Part shown: positions 36,796 through 62,355 of the stretch, piece by piece | Layout of the letters: each line of letters opens with the position of its first letter | Numbering within the stretch: position 1 is the first letter of the stretch | DNA from: Eledone cirrhosa | Lineage: Eukaryota | Length of the DNA: 64,000 bases | Direction: 5' to 3' | Assembly (NCBI GenBank): GCA_964016885.1 | Contig: CAXHJY010000472.1 | Location: 1 to 64,000, forward strand | Position numbers and translations under genes: made by a program | The notes under the pieces: model-generated | What the model was told of the DNA's origin: nothing | What the model saw: the letters and a program-made list of their open reading frames with translations, nothing else | Databases searched by the model: none

Positions 36796-37189
36796 TAAAT
36801 ACATATACACATATATGTGTACATAGACACATACATACACACTAATATACACTCGTACAAAAATATACATACATGCAAAGAGAAAAGCGTGCTAATTGTA
36901 ATATGGCAAAAAGAAGGTAAAGTAACATTGTAGTAGTGAAATGAGAAAAACTAGGATCTAGGATCAAATGATTGCAGCAGCTGAGAAGGAGTAAGATTGT
37001 TGGTAGATGAGGTATTTACAGACTATTGTGTGGTATAGACTTGTGAAGGAAATAGTATACTTAATGAATATATATTTTTTTTTGTGGGTAGTAGGTATCC
37101 TAATTTAAAGCTATGTTATGTTGGTTCGATTCACGGAGGTTTGAATCTTATGAATTTAGTGGCTATTCTATGCCTGCAGAAGATCTATC

Positions 37190-37240
37190 TTCTGCAGGCA
37201 TAGAATAGCCACTAAATTCATAAGATTCAAACCTCCGTGA
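37190..37240 (+). pseudogene. C-terminal remnant of a PLE ORF (FCRHRIATKFIRFKPP*)
   Basis: Aligns without gaps to SCNHKLKKTFKYYKPN* of the main PLE (C, H, F, KP and stop position shared). Confidence 0.6.
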
Positions 37241-37574
37241 ATCGAACCAACATAACATAGCTTTAAATTAGGATACCTACTACCCACAAAAAAAATATAT
37301 ATTCATTAAGTATACTATTTCCTTCACAAGTCTATACCACACAATAGTCTGTAAATACCTCATCTACCAACAATCTTACTCCTTCTCAGCTGCTGCAATC
37401 ATTTGATCCTAGATCCTAGTTTTTCTCATTTCACTACTACAATGTTACTTTACCTTCTTTTTGCCATATTACAATTAGCACGCTTTTCTCTTTGCATGTA
37501 TGTATATTTTTGTACGAGTGTATATTAGTGTGTATGTATGTGTCTATGTACACATATATGTGTATATGTATTTA

Positions 37575-37680
<106 letters not shown>

Positions 37681-38039
37681 CGTAGATATATGCGTATATT
37701 AATTCGTTAACCTCTGTATTAACTCTACAACTATTGAGCTTTGACAGTGGTCCCACTCATGTATACGGTTGAAGATGAAGAGAAAGACTGTAAAAACTAG
37801 CTTATCTTTATAATTTAAAATTGATACACACTACGATACTTTTGCCTTATGACAGCTGGTTTTCACGCCGTAACATTAGATACATTATATACCCCCCACC
37901 TAAGTAATGTCAGGGTCTCCTTAAATAGTTTATTGATAGCATTGTTGTAATAATTGTTGTTGTTTATTGTTCTAATTGAATGCCATAACTACTCCATATT
38001 TTCTTTTATTTTCTTGCCTGTGTATTTTCTTCATTCTCG

Positions 38040-38152
38040 CATGCTCCGAAGATCTGACTGGTTATAATTCTGTATTGGCGATCGAGTGACGCAAAATTAG
38101 GCGGATAGCGATCTCTAGACATACCAGTTCAGTGAAACAAATGTAAGCTATG
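38040..38152 (+). ncRNA. Hammerhead-like motif with long stem II and CCGAAGA core (mirror at 36216-36328, -)
   Basis: CATGCT-CCGAAGA-T-CTGACTGG...CCAGTTCAG-T-GAAA-CAAATG-TA-AGCTATG. Confidence 0.6.
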
Positions 38153-38205
38153 TGATTAAAAACTTTTTTGTATAGCAAACCATGTAAACCTTCTTTCCTG
38201 ATTTA

Positions 38206-40970
<2,765 letters not shown>

Positions 40971-41257
40971 TGTTATATTTGGGGAGGGTCATATTTGCGT
41001 AATATTGCCAGAATTAATAACAGAACACACTCACTGTTTGGTTGGTTTTCGCTTCTCGCTGTCTTTTATATATATATATCTGCGATCTAACTTACTCGGT
41101 CCTCAATGTTGCCATTGACTGACGGCGGTCAAAAATAATACAGATACAATATAGACAAACACATATATATATAGTTTACATAAATCTTTCGTTGCACATC
41201 TGCAACATCGTCAGTGGTGTTATATTCATTGTTCCTCCTGTTGTGTTGTATGTCTAC

Positions 41258-41288
<31 letters not shown>

Positions 41289-41296
41289 GTTCAGTC

Positions 41297-41300
<4 letters not shown>
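40971..41300 (-). mobile_element. Short insertion H related to F, with a degenerate HHR-like motif (~41178-41218)
   Basis: Terminus TGTTATATTTGGGGAGGGTCAT resembles TGTTATACTTTGGGAGGGTCAT of F; minus strand CTGACGA-T-GTTGCA-GATG-TGCAAC-GAAA. Confidence 0.55.
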
Positions 41301-41334
<34 letters not shown>

Positions 41335-41336
<2 letters not shown>

Positions 41337-41686
41337 GATAAATCTACCAAGAGTTTACGGTAGTGTCCAATCCGTATGAAGAACTCAATGTATTCCGGAT
41401 ATCATGGAAAGAAGAGATGTAATGAAAAACCACTTTCGGTGAAAAATAAACGGTATACAGAGTCAAGATAAAATATTAAACAAATAATGAATAAACAATT
41501 CCTTATATTAAACAAAAAAAGTTCATTATTTAACGATCGTTTCTAGGATATATATGTGTTAGAATTGGTATGCATATTCAACAGATCTATGTACAAAATT
41601 ATACAAAATTATACAAATTATCAAGATTAAATATACATACCAAACACATATATACGCCGTCTTCAGAAATTATTCATTATTTCTGA
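41335..41686 (-). mobile_element. Solo pLTR 3' fragment D of the main PLE with a 14-nt inverted cap
   Basis: Matches 4827-5161; ends inside HHR stem I, followed by inverted TTCATTATTTCTGA. Confidence 0.9.
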
Positions 41687-43211
<1,525 letters not shown>

Positions 43212-43265
43212 TAAACAAATAATGAATAAACAATGAAAACAGTTCCTTATATTAAACAAAAAAAG

Positions 43266-43419
43266 TTCATTATTTAACGATCGTTTCTAGGATATATATG
43301 TGTTAGAATTGGCATGCATATTCAACAGATCTATGTACAAAATTATACAAAATTATACAAACTATCAAGATTAAATATACATACCAACACATATATACGC
43401 CGTCTTCAGAAATAATGAA
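43266..43419 (-). ncRNA. Type I hammerhead ribozyme with long stem II
   Basis: Reverse complement of the pLTR HHR. Confidence 0.72.
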
Positions 43420-44080
43420 ATATATTTATTGATAACAACAATTCAAAATTTCAGGTCCGTTTGGGAACAAAATTGACCAATGAAAATACAAAAGGTTTAA
43501 TGCAGTTCGGGTGTGTGTATATACATGTAACTACCCTTACACATATTTTACAAAAATGTATGTACAACTTGTATACGCATACGAAAAGGATGGATGCAAA
43601 TACAAAATTTCAAGGTTAATGTCTCTGTAAGTTTATAATGCACAGATAAGATGCGTATAGACACATAAATATGAAATAAGTGTATATACATATTTTCATA
43701 CTCACTCATATCCGTACAATCACACATACACACGCGTATATGCATAAACATACACATAAACTACGAACATACAAACACACACACACCCCCACTCACATAT
43801 ATATATATGTGGATATAAAATCCTAAGCACATGGATATTAATTCACTCACATAAACATTGGCACACACATTTAGATCAAGATACAGAAATTAGGTGGGAG
43901 GGGAGGAAAGGTCAGTATTCAACTGTTTGGGCTGACTGCTTAATATAGATGTATCTATAAACTAAGAAAATAAAAAATAATAAATAATAAATAATAATAA
44001 ATAATAAATAAACATTAAAAAGGAAAGAAAAGAAAAAGAAAAAGAAAAAAGAAAAAAGAAAAAAGAAATATATCAAGAAA

Positions 44081-44143
<63 letters not shown>

Positions 44144-44305
44144 CACGTACATACACACATACATATACACATACACACATACAAACACATACATACATAT
44201 ACACACATCCACACTTAGAACATACATACACACACATATATAAACATATACATATACACACATACATACATATACACACATACATATAAATACACATATA
44301 CATAT

Positions 44306-44366
<61 letters not shown>

Positions 44367-44663
44367 CACTCATACATACACATATAATCACACATACTAT
44401 ATAGACACACATATATATACACACATACACGCACATATACATACACTTACATACATATATACATACAGATATACACATACATACCTATATATACACACAA
44501 ATACATACAGACATACATACATACATACAGACAAATACTTAGGCATCTATATATCGGTATATACATACAAACACCACTACACTCTCACACAACTCAGACA
44601 TACAAAGAAAAAGGTATATACATATACATATAGAGAAACATATACATATATATATATATATAT

Positions 44664-44715
<52 letters not shown>

Positions 44716-44890
44716 ACACATATACACACATACACATACATACACATACATACATGTACACACACATAGATATATATATACATACACACATACATATTTA
44801 GTCATACACACACATACACCTACACGAACATACACATACACATATATAAAGATATATATACACACACACACACATATATATAAAAAAAGC

Positions 44891-44935
<45 letters not shown>

Positions 44936-45266
44936 CATATACATACACACATACATAGACATATATGTACATACATACACATACATAGATACATACACAC
45001 ACATACATACATATATATATACACACATAGACATATACTTACATACACACACAACATACATACACACATATATACTCATACATAGAATTAGATATATAAT
45101 CATACATACATACGCACTTACATATACTCATATATACAAATACATACGCATCCATATATGCGTATATACATAGAAACACCACTACACCCTCACCCAACTC
45201 AGACATACAAAGAAAAAGGCATATACATATACATATATACACGCATTAATAGAGATATATATACAC

Positions 45267-45298
<32 letters not shown>

Positions 45299-45527
45299 AC
45301 TTATATATATATACTCACACCCACATACAACCAAAAATACACATACAAACACCCACATATACATATATATACACATATATATATATACACACACATAAAA
45401 AACAGACATGCACATATATATTTTTTTACACACATATATATACACATATATATACATATACACACCCTCACATATACACACATACACATAAGTTATATTA
45501 TAATAATAAATAATATATATATATAAC

Positions 45528-45582
<55 letters not shown>

Positions 45583-45847
45583 CGAATATAGACACATATA
45601 CGCACATAGATACATATACATATATATATATACACACATACATATACACACACACATATACACACTCACATATACATGTGTGTGCACACACACATATATA
45701 CACATACACACATATACACATAAACACATATATGTGTATACATGCGCACACACACATATATCCACATAGATACGAAGATAGACATATAAATAGAGAGACA
45801 TACATATATATACACACACACATATATACATACATACATACACACAC

Positions 45848-45907
<60 letters not shown>

Positions 45908-47241
45908 ACACATACACATACACATATATATACACACATGCATATATACACATATACACATACATACACACACATATATATACACACACAATCTTACATT
46001 CTTACTTGCATGCGCATATATGTATTTTTATATTCAGATATAAATACCCAAACATATATGCACCTACCTACATATATATTCATACATACACGCCTACAAA
46101 GACAGATGGTAATAGTATGGGGGAAAGGGGGGGGTTGGAGAAGGGGATTATAGTAAATATATGTTTCAAGAAACATAGAATATTATCCATATCAGGATCC
46201 AATGTATATTTTTTTACATAGTTTCAGTGTTAGGAAATACAATAAACAAGAAATAAGGCAAAATTTATGCATTTCAAAATAAATAAGTATACCATTAAAT
46301 TATATGTTAACTAAACTAAAGATAGTTAACATATTGATTTCTAAGGTGTAAATTAGTTAGGTTTATAATATTTGAAGCAGAATTTTGAAGTTAAATAGTA
46401 GTAGAGTATTAATTATAGTATAACTAAATTAAAGTTAATAACGTTATGGTATCAATATTAGGAACTGAATTTAGTAATAGGGAAAAAACAAATAAAATAA
46501 AGTATTACATCGGTAGTAGAATATAAATTATAGGTTAACTAAATTAAAAATTATATATTTATTTCTATAGTATATGTTAATTAGGTATATAATAAATAAA
46601 ACAGATATTGTATTTTATCAATAGCAGAATATAATTATATGCAAATAGAAATCAAAATTAATACATATACATATACATATACATACACATATATATATAC
46701 ACATATATATACATATATATATACATATATACACATATACACACACACACACATACACATACACATATACATATACATATTTTTTCAAAAATTGCAAAGA
46801 ATATATTAACTAGGTATATATCCAAAACACATCCCATTCTATGATTACATGACATTCTGCAATTCGTCTGTATAAGGATACTAATTTTAAGCCAATTAAA
46901 TTAAATTTTTAGGTTGATTAAAATTAAAACCAAATTATAAATATATTTCTAAAATGTATATTAATTAGGTCTATAATACTAAAAATTAATTCTCTGTCAT
47001 TGGATACACGATATTTTGTTATATTTTATCTGTAAAAGAATTATAATAAAAGGTTTAAATAAATTAAAATTAATCTATAAATTAAATTACTAAGTATATA
47101 TTAGTAATATTTAAAGGTTTTTCACAATTTATGATTACATAATATTTTATATTCTCATCTGTAATAGAATTTTAATTAAATTAAATTTATAGGTTAACTA
47201 ACATTTAAATTAAAATTAAATTAATTTCTAAAATAATGTTA

Positions 47242-48272
47242 TTAATTAGGTTTATAATATTTAAATGTTTTTTTTAGTTTATGATTACACGATATAATTA
47301 ATTCCTGTCGTTTATTTAATAGGATATCCTTAGATTTCATTATTTCAAATAGTTCTTGGGAACATAATCTACATTCATTTCTATTATTTTGATAAGGGGT
47401 GGCTCTTTTGAGCACACTCCAGGTCAAATCATATTCTATATTCTTATTTTTATAAATATTGATTTTTTCTGCTAGAGATGTTGTATTAGCCAGTGCGGCA
47501 TTTTTAAAACTATGCTTGTGGGTATTAAACCTTGTCTTAAAATTGTTAGAGGTAGCTCCTATATATGAGCAAATAGAATCTTTAGTTTTAACATTACATT
47601 TATAGACTATGTTGTTAACAAGACAATTCCCTTTTAATGGGCAGTTTGCTTTGTTTCTACAGTTACAACCTTTCGTTAATTCTGTATTTGAGGAGATATT
47701 ATGGTTAATTTGATGTACTGGTGGTATACTTATGGTTTTCTTACATTTATATGCATTATAGGCACTTATATTTTGTTTTATGTTATTTGTTGTAGAATAT
47801 GAGAATTTAACTGTAGACCTATTTAAGATTTGATGGTATTTGTGGTTTGGCGGGAAGTTTTTCTCTAGGATATAAAAAAATTTTTTAGCAATATTATTCT
47901 TAATTTGTAAATTAAATGGAGCATTATACCAAGTAACCCGTCTATTACGGTTTCTATGTTGTTTATTATTTTTATTATTTTTATAGGTTGTATCGTGATT
48001 TTTACTAGGAGGATTAATGTTAATGATCTCACCACAACCATTTTTAGTTATATTTGTAGATTTAGGTGTTCTATCCTTTTTATTAGGAGTTTTATTATTA
48101 ATATTTATTAGAGTTGTATGATGAGTAGTTTTTTGAGAGTTACTATATTTTATATTAGAAGATTTGGTATTTTGGGGTATAGTGTGGGTGGCATTTAGGT
48201 GTGTACTTTTCATTTGGTGTTTGTTGGTAATATTAGGTTGTATGCTTTCAGTATTTTTAGTAGAAGGTATAT
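47242..48272 (-). CDS. PLE linker + zinc knuckle + GIY-YIG fragment
   Basis: Near-identical to the C-terminus of 9078-10670; the first ~15 aa of the called ORF come from the opposite arm. Confidence 0.88.
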
Positions 48273-48273
48273 A

Positions 48274-48778
48274 TGTAAGAAAACCATAAGTATACCACCA
48301 GTACATCAAATTAACCATAATATCTCCTCAAATACAGAATTAACGAAAGGTTGTAACTGTAGAAACAAAGCAAACTGCCCATTAAAAGGGAATTGTCTTG
48401 TTAACAACATAGTCTATAAATGTAATGTTAAAACTAAAGATTCTATTTGCTCATATATAGGAGCTACCTCTAACAATTTTAAGACAAGGTTTAATACCCA
48501 CAAGCATAGTTTTTAAAAATGCCGCACTGGCTAATACAACATCTCTAGCAGAAAAAATCAATATTTATAAAAATAAGAATATAGAATATGATTTGACTTG
48601 GAGTGTGCTCAAAAGAGCCACCCCTTATCAAAATAATAGAAATGAATGTAGATTATGTTCCCAAGAACTATTTGAAATAATGAAATCTAAGGATATCCTA
48701 TTAAATAAACGACAGGAATTAATTATATCGTGTAATCATAAACTAAAAAAAACATTTAAATATTATAAACCTAATTAA
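48274..48778 (+). pseudogene. PLE GIY-YIG fragment with a +1 T frameshift near 48514
   Basis: CKKTISIPP...HKHSF, then TWSVLKRA...YYKPN* in the next frame. Confidence 0.88.
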
Positions 48779-50120
48779 TAACATTATTTTAGAAATTAAT
48801 TTAATTTTAATTTAAATGTTAGTTAACCTATAAATTTAATTTAATTAAAATTCTATTACAGATGAGAATATAAAATATTATGTAATCATAAATTGTGAAA
48901 AACCTTTAAATATTACTAATATATACTTAGTAATTTAATTTATAGATTAATTTTAATTTATTTAAACCTTTTATTATAATTCTTTTACAGATAAAATATA
49001 ACAAAATATCGTGTATCCAATGACAGAGAATTAATTTTTAGTATTATAGACCTAATTAATATACATTTTAGAAATATATTTATAATTTGGTTTTAATTTT
49101 AATCAACCTAAAAATTTAATTTAATTGGCTTAAAATTAGTATCCTTATACAGACGAATTGCAGAATGTCATGTAATCATAGAATGGGATGTGTTTTGGAT
49201 ATATACCTAGTTAATATATTCTTTGCAATTTTTGAAAAAATATGTATATGTATATGTGTATGTGTATGTGTGTGTGTGTGTGTATATGTGTATATATGTA
49301 TATATATATGTATATATATGTGTATATATATATGTGTATGTATATGTATATGTATATGTATTAATTTTGATTTCTATTTGCATATAATTATATTCTGCTA
49401 TTGATAAAATACAATATCTGTTTTATTTATTATATACCTAATTAACATATACTATAGAAATAAATATATAATTTTTAATTTAGTTAACCTATAATTTATA
49501 TTCTACTACCGATGTAATACTTTATTTGTTTTGTTTTTTCCCTATTACTAAATTCAGTTCCTAATATTGATACCATAACGTTATTAACTTTAATTTAGTT
49601 ATACTATAATTAATACTCTACTACTATTTAACTTCAAAATTCTGCTTCAAATATTATAAACCTAACTAATTTACACCTTAGAAATCAATATGTTAACTAT
49701 CTTTAGTTTAGTTAACATATAATTTAATGGTATACTTATTTATTTTGAAATGCATAAATTTTGCCTTATTTCTTGTTTATTGTATTTCCTAACACTGAAA
49801 CTATGTAAAAAAAATATACATTGGATCCTGATATGGATAATATTCTATGTTTCTTGAAACATATATTTACTATAATCCCCCTTCTCCAACCCCCCCCCCC
49901 TTTCCCCCATACTATTACCATCTGTCTTTGTAGGCGTGTATGTATGAATATATATGTAGGTAGGTGCATATATGTTTGGGTATTTATATCTGAATATAAA
50001 AATACATATATGCGCATGCAAGTAAGAATGTAAGATTGAGTGTGTATATATATGTGTGTGTATGTATGTGTATATGTGTATATATGCATGTGTGTATATA
50101 TATGTGTATGTGTATGTGTG

Positions 50121-50181
<61 letters not shown>

Positions 50182-50446
50182 GTGTGTGTATGTATGTATG
50201 TATATATGTGTGTGTGTATATATATGTATGTCTCTCTATTTATATGTCTATCTTCGTATCTATGTGGATATATGTGTGTGTGCGCATGTATACACATATA
50301 TGTGTTTATGTGTATATGTGTGTATGTGTATATATGTGTGTGTGCACACACATGTATATGTGAGTGTGTATATGTGTGTGTGTATATGTATGTGTGTATA
50401 TATATATATGTATATGTATCTATGTGCGTATATGTGTCTATATTCG

Positions 50447-50503
<57 letters not shown>

Positions 50504-50730
50504 GTTATATATATATTATTTATTATTATAATATAACTTATGTGTATGTGTGTATATGTGAGGGTGTGTATATGTATATATATGTGTATATATATGTGTG
50601 TAAAAAAATATATATGTGCATGTCTGTTTTTTATGTGTGTGTATATATATATATGTGTATATATATGTATATGTGGGTGTTTGTATGTGTATTTTTGGTT
50701 GTATGTGGGTGTGAGTATATATATATAAGT

Positions 50731-50762
<32 letters not shown>

Positions 50763-51093
50763 GTGTATATATATCTCTATTAATGCGTGTATATATGTAT
50801 ATGTATATGCCTTTTTCTTTGTATGTCTGAGTTGGGTGAGGGTGTAGTGGTGTTTCTATGTATATACGCATATATGGATGCGTATGTATTTGTATATATG
50901 AGTATATGTAAGTGCGTATGTATGTATGATTATATATCTAATTCTATGTATGAGTATATATGTGTGTATGTATGTTGTGTGTGTATGTAAGTATATGTCT
51001 ATGTGTGTATATATATATGTATGTATGTGTGTGTATGTATCTATGTATGTGTATGTATGTACATATATGTCTATGTATGTGTGTATGTATATG

Positions 51094-51140
<47 letters not shown>

Positions 51141-51342
51141 GCTTTTTTTTATATATATGTGTGTGTGTGTATGTGTGTGTGTGTGTGTGTATATATATCT
51201 TTATATATGTGTATGTGTATGTTCGTGTAGGTGTATGTGTGTGTATGACTAAATATGTATGTGTGTATGTGTGTATGTATATATATATCTATGTGTGTGT
51301 ACATGTATGTATGTGTATGTATGTGTATGTGTGTATATGTGT

Positions 51343-51424
<82 letters not shown>

Positions 51425-51711
51425 GTTTCTCTATTTGTATATGTATATGTGTATAGGTATATACCTTTTTCTTTGTATGTCTGAGTTGTGTGAGAGTGTA
51501 GTGGTGTTTGTATGTATATACCGATATATAGATGCCTAAGTATTTGTCTGTATGTATGTATGTATGTCTGTATGTATTTGTGTGTATATATAGGTATGTA
51601 TGTGTATATCTGTATGTATATATGTATGTAAGTGTATGTATATGTGCGTGTATGTGTGTATATATATGTGTGTCTATATAGTATGTGTGATTATATGTGT
51701 ATGTATGAGTG

Positions 51712-51791
<80 letters not shown>

Positions 51792-51988
51792 ATATGTATA
51801 TGTGTATTTATATGTATGTGTGTATATGTATGTATGTGTGTATATGTATATGTTTATATATGTGTGTGTATGTATGTTCTAAGTGTGGATGTGTGTATAT
51901 GTATGTATGTGTTTGTATGTGTGTATGTGTATATGTATGTGTGTATGTACGTGTATGTATATTATATATATATATATATATAGTATAG

Positions 51989-52020
<32 letters not shown>

Positions 52021-52652
52021 CTTGATATATTTCTTTTTTCTTTTTTCTTTTTCTTTTTCTTTTCTTTCCTTTTTAATGTTTATTTATTATTTATTATTAT
52101 TTATTATTTATTATTTTTTATTTTCTTAGTTTATAGATACATCTATATTAAGCAGTCAGCCCAAACAGTTGAATACTGACCTCTCCCCCCCTCCCACCTA
52201 ATTTCTGTATCTTGATCTAAATGTGTGTGCCAATGTTTATGTGAGTGAAGGATTTTATATCCACATATATATATATGTGAGTGGGGGTGTGTGTGTGTTT
52301 GTATGTTCGTAGTTTATGTGTATGTTTATGCATATACGCGTGTATGTGTGATTGTACGGATATGAGTGAGTATGAAAATATGTATATACACTTATTTCAT
52401 ATTTATGTGTCTATACGCATCTTATCTGTGCATTATAAACTTACAGAGACATTAACTTTGAAATTTTGTATTTGCATCATCCTTTTCGTATGCGTATACA
52501 AGTTGTACATACATTTTTGTAAAATATGTGTAAGGGTAGTTACATGTATATACACACACCGAACTGCATTAAACCTTTTGTATTTTCATTGGTCAATTTT
52601 GTTCCCAAACGGACCTGAAATTTTGAATTGTTGTTATTATCAATAAATATAT

Positions 52653-52806
52653 TTCATTATTTCTGAAGACGGCGTATATATGTGTTGGTATGTATATTTA
52701 ATCTTGATAGTTTGTATAATTTTGTATAATTTTGTACATAGATCTGTTGAATATGCATGCCAATTCTAACACATATATATCCTAGAAACGATCGTTAAAT
52801 AATGAA
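52653..52806 (+). ncRNA. Type I hammerhead ribozyme with long stem II
   Basis: Core and stems conserved in subfamily C. Confidence 0.72.
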
Positions 52807-53004
52807 CTTTTTTTGTTTAATATAAGGAACTGTTTTCATTGTTTATTCATTATTTGTTTAATATTTTATCTTGACTCTGTATACCGTTTATCTTTCACCG
52901 AAAGTGATTTTTCATTACATCTCTTCTTTCCATGATATCCGGAATACATTGAGTTCTTCATACGGATTGGACACTACCGTAAACTCTTGGTAGATTTATC
53001 TACA

Positions 53005-57418
<4,414 letters not shown>

Positions 57419-57419
<1 letters not shown>

Positions 57420-59673
57420 GTTTATTATAAACATACAGAATATTTTCGAATATTCTATGTCTATATTCACATATATATCGCTATTTCAGAGCATTTATTC
57501 CAATTTCTAATTTCTGCCGGACCGGCAACCGCTCTTTCAAACCAGTTCCTGTACACAGCTAAGTATTCTATAAGTCTCTAGCTGTGTCATTCTCGATAAA
57601 AGCACTGGATATGTAGTCCTGATGATTTCTAACAAGAATGAAACGCGTAGATTACTTCCCTTGCTTTTATCGAGAATCTAATTGTAATACGTGACGTATT
57701 CTATTCTATAGCGATTAGGTCTTCAAAATGTTTATTATAAACATACAGAATATTTTCGAATATTCTATGTCTATATTCACATATATATCGCTATTTCAGA
57801 GCATTTATTCCAATTTCTAATTTCTGCCGGACCGGCAACCGCTCTTTCAAACCAGTTCCTGTACACAGCTAAGTATTCTATAAGTCTCTAGCTGTGTCAT
57901 TCTCGATAAAAGCACTGGATATGTAGTCCTGATGATTTCTAACAAGAATGAAACGCGTAGATTGCTTCCCTTGCTTTTATCGAGAATCTAATTGTAATAC
58001 GTGACGTATTCTATTCTATAGCGATTAGGTCTTCAAAATGTTTATTATAAACATACAGAATATTTTCGAATATTCTATGTCTATATTCACATATATATCG
58101 CTATTTCAGAGCATTTATTCCAATTTCTAATTTCTGCCGGACCGGCAACCGCTCTTTCAAACCAGTTCCTGTACACAGCTAAGTATTCTATAAGTCTCTA
58201 GCTGTGTCATTCTCGATAAAAGCACTGGATATGTAGTCCTGATGATTTCTAACAAGAATGAAACGCGTAGATTACTTCCCTTGCTTTTATCGAGAATCTA
58301 ATTGTAATACGTGACGTATTCTATTCTATAGCGATTAGGTCTTCAAAATGTTTATTATAAACATACAGAATATTTTCGAATATTCTATGTCTATATTCAC
58401 ATATATATCGCTATTTCAGAGCATTTATTCCAATTTCTAATTTCTGCCGGACCGGCAACCGCTCTTTCAAACCAGTTCCTGTACACAGCTAAGTATTCTA
58501 TAAGTCTCTAGCTGTGTCATTCTCGATAAAAGCACTGGATATGTAGTCCTGATGATTTCTAACAAGAATGAAACGCGTAGATTACTTCCCTTGCTTTTAT
58601 CGAGAATCTAATTGTAATACGTGACGTATTCTATTCTATAGCGATTAGGTCTTCAAAATGTTTATTATAAACATACAGAATATTTTCGAATATTCTATGT
58701 CTATATTCACATATATATCGCTATTTCAGAGCATTTATTCCAATTTCTAATTTCTGCCGGACCGGCAACCGCTCTTTCAAACCAGTTCCTGTACACAGCT
58801 AAGTATTCTATAAGTCTCTAGCTGTGTCATTCTCGATAAAAGCACTGGATATGTAGTCCTGATGATTTCTAACAAGAATGAAACGCGTAGATTACTTCCC
58901 TTGCTTTTATCGAGAATCTAATTGTAATACGTGACGTATTCTATTCTATAGCGATTAGGTCTTCAAAATGTTTATTATAAACATACAGAATATTTTCGAA
59001 TATTCTATGTCTATATTCACATATATATCGCTATTTCAGAGCATTTATTCCAATTTCTAATTTCTGCCGGACCGGCAACCGCTCTTTCAAACCAGTTCCT
59101 GTACACAGCTAAGTATTCTATAAGTCTCTAGCTGTGTCATTCTCGATAAAAGCACTGGATATGTAGTCCTGATGATTTCTAACAAGAATGAAACGCGTAG
59201 ATTACTTCCCTTGCTTTTATCGAGAATCTAATTGTAATACGTGACGTATTCTATTCTATAGCGATTAGGTCTTCAAAATGTTTATTATAAACATACAGAA
59301 TATTTTCGAATATTCTATGTCTATATTCACATATATATCGCTATTTCAGAGCATTTATTCCAATTTCTAATTTCTGCCGGACCGGCAACCGCTCTTTCAA
59401 ACCAGTTCCTGTACACAGCTAAGTATTCTATAAGTCTCTAGCTGTGTCATTCTCGATAAAAGCACTGGATATGTAGTCCTGATGATTTCTAACAAGAATG
59501 AAACGCGTAGATTACTTCCCTTGCTTTTATCGAGAATCTAATTGTAATACGTGACGTATTCTATTCTATAGCGATTAGGTCTTCAAAATGTTTATTATAA
59601 ACATACAGAATATTTTCGAATATTCTATGTCTATATTCACATATATATCGCTATTTCAGAGCATTTATTCCAA
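57419..59673 (+). mobile_element. Tandem array of a 310-bp HHR-containing unit, ~7.3 copies (non-LTR retrozyme-like)
   Basis: Unit starts at 57419, 57729, 58039, 58349, 58659, 58969, 59279, 59589; units near-identical; one HHR per unit; no real ORF. Confidence 0.9.
57589..57677 (+). ncRNA. Type I hammerhead ribozyme of unit 1 (recurs every 310 bp, 7 copies); predicted cleavage after GUA at 57649
   Basis: GTAGTC-CTGATGA-T-TTCT-AACA-AGAA-T-GAAA-CGCG-TA-GATTAC; stem I extended by a 16-bp helix ATTCTCGATAAAAGCA/TGCTTTTATCGAGAAT. Confidence 0.88.

Positions 59674-62355
<2,682 letters not shown>

Larger units (their letters stand above)
43205..53004. mobile_element. PLE insertion C: ~9.8-kb palindrome of two 5'-truncated copies (43205-48272 -, 48273-53004 +), diverged subfamily
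   Basis: Both arms carry GIY-YIG, 3' UTR and pLTR; junction GAAGGTATAT|ATGTAAGAAAACC. Confidence 0.92.

Noticed and set aside
43205-53004. DNA transposon or foldback element with long TIRs
   Set aside because: Arms are 5'-truncated retroelement copies of unequal length with no transposase or spacer
57419-59673. CRISPR array or ordinary satellite
   Set aside because: No variable spacers, no cas genes, eukaryotic context; each unit contains a hammerhead and the unit recurs as a separate insertion
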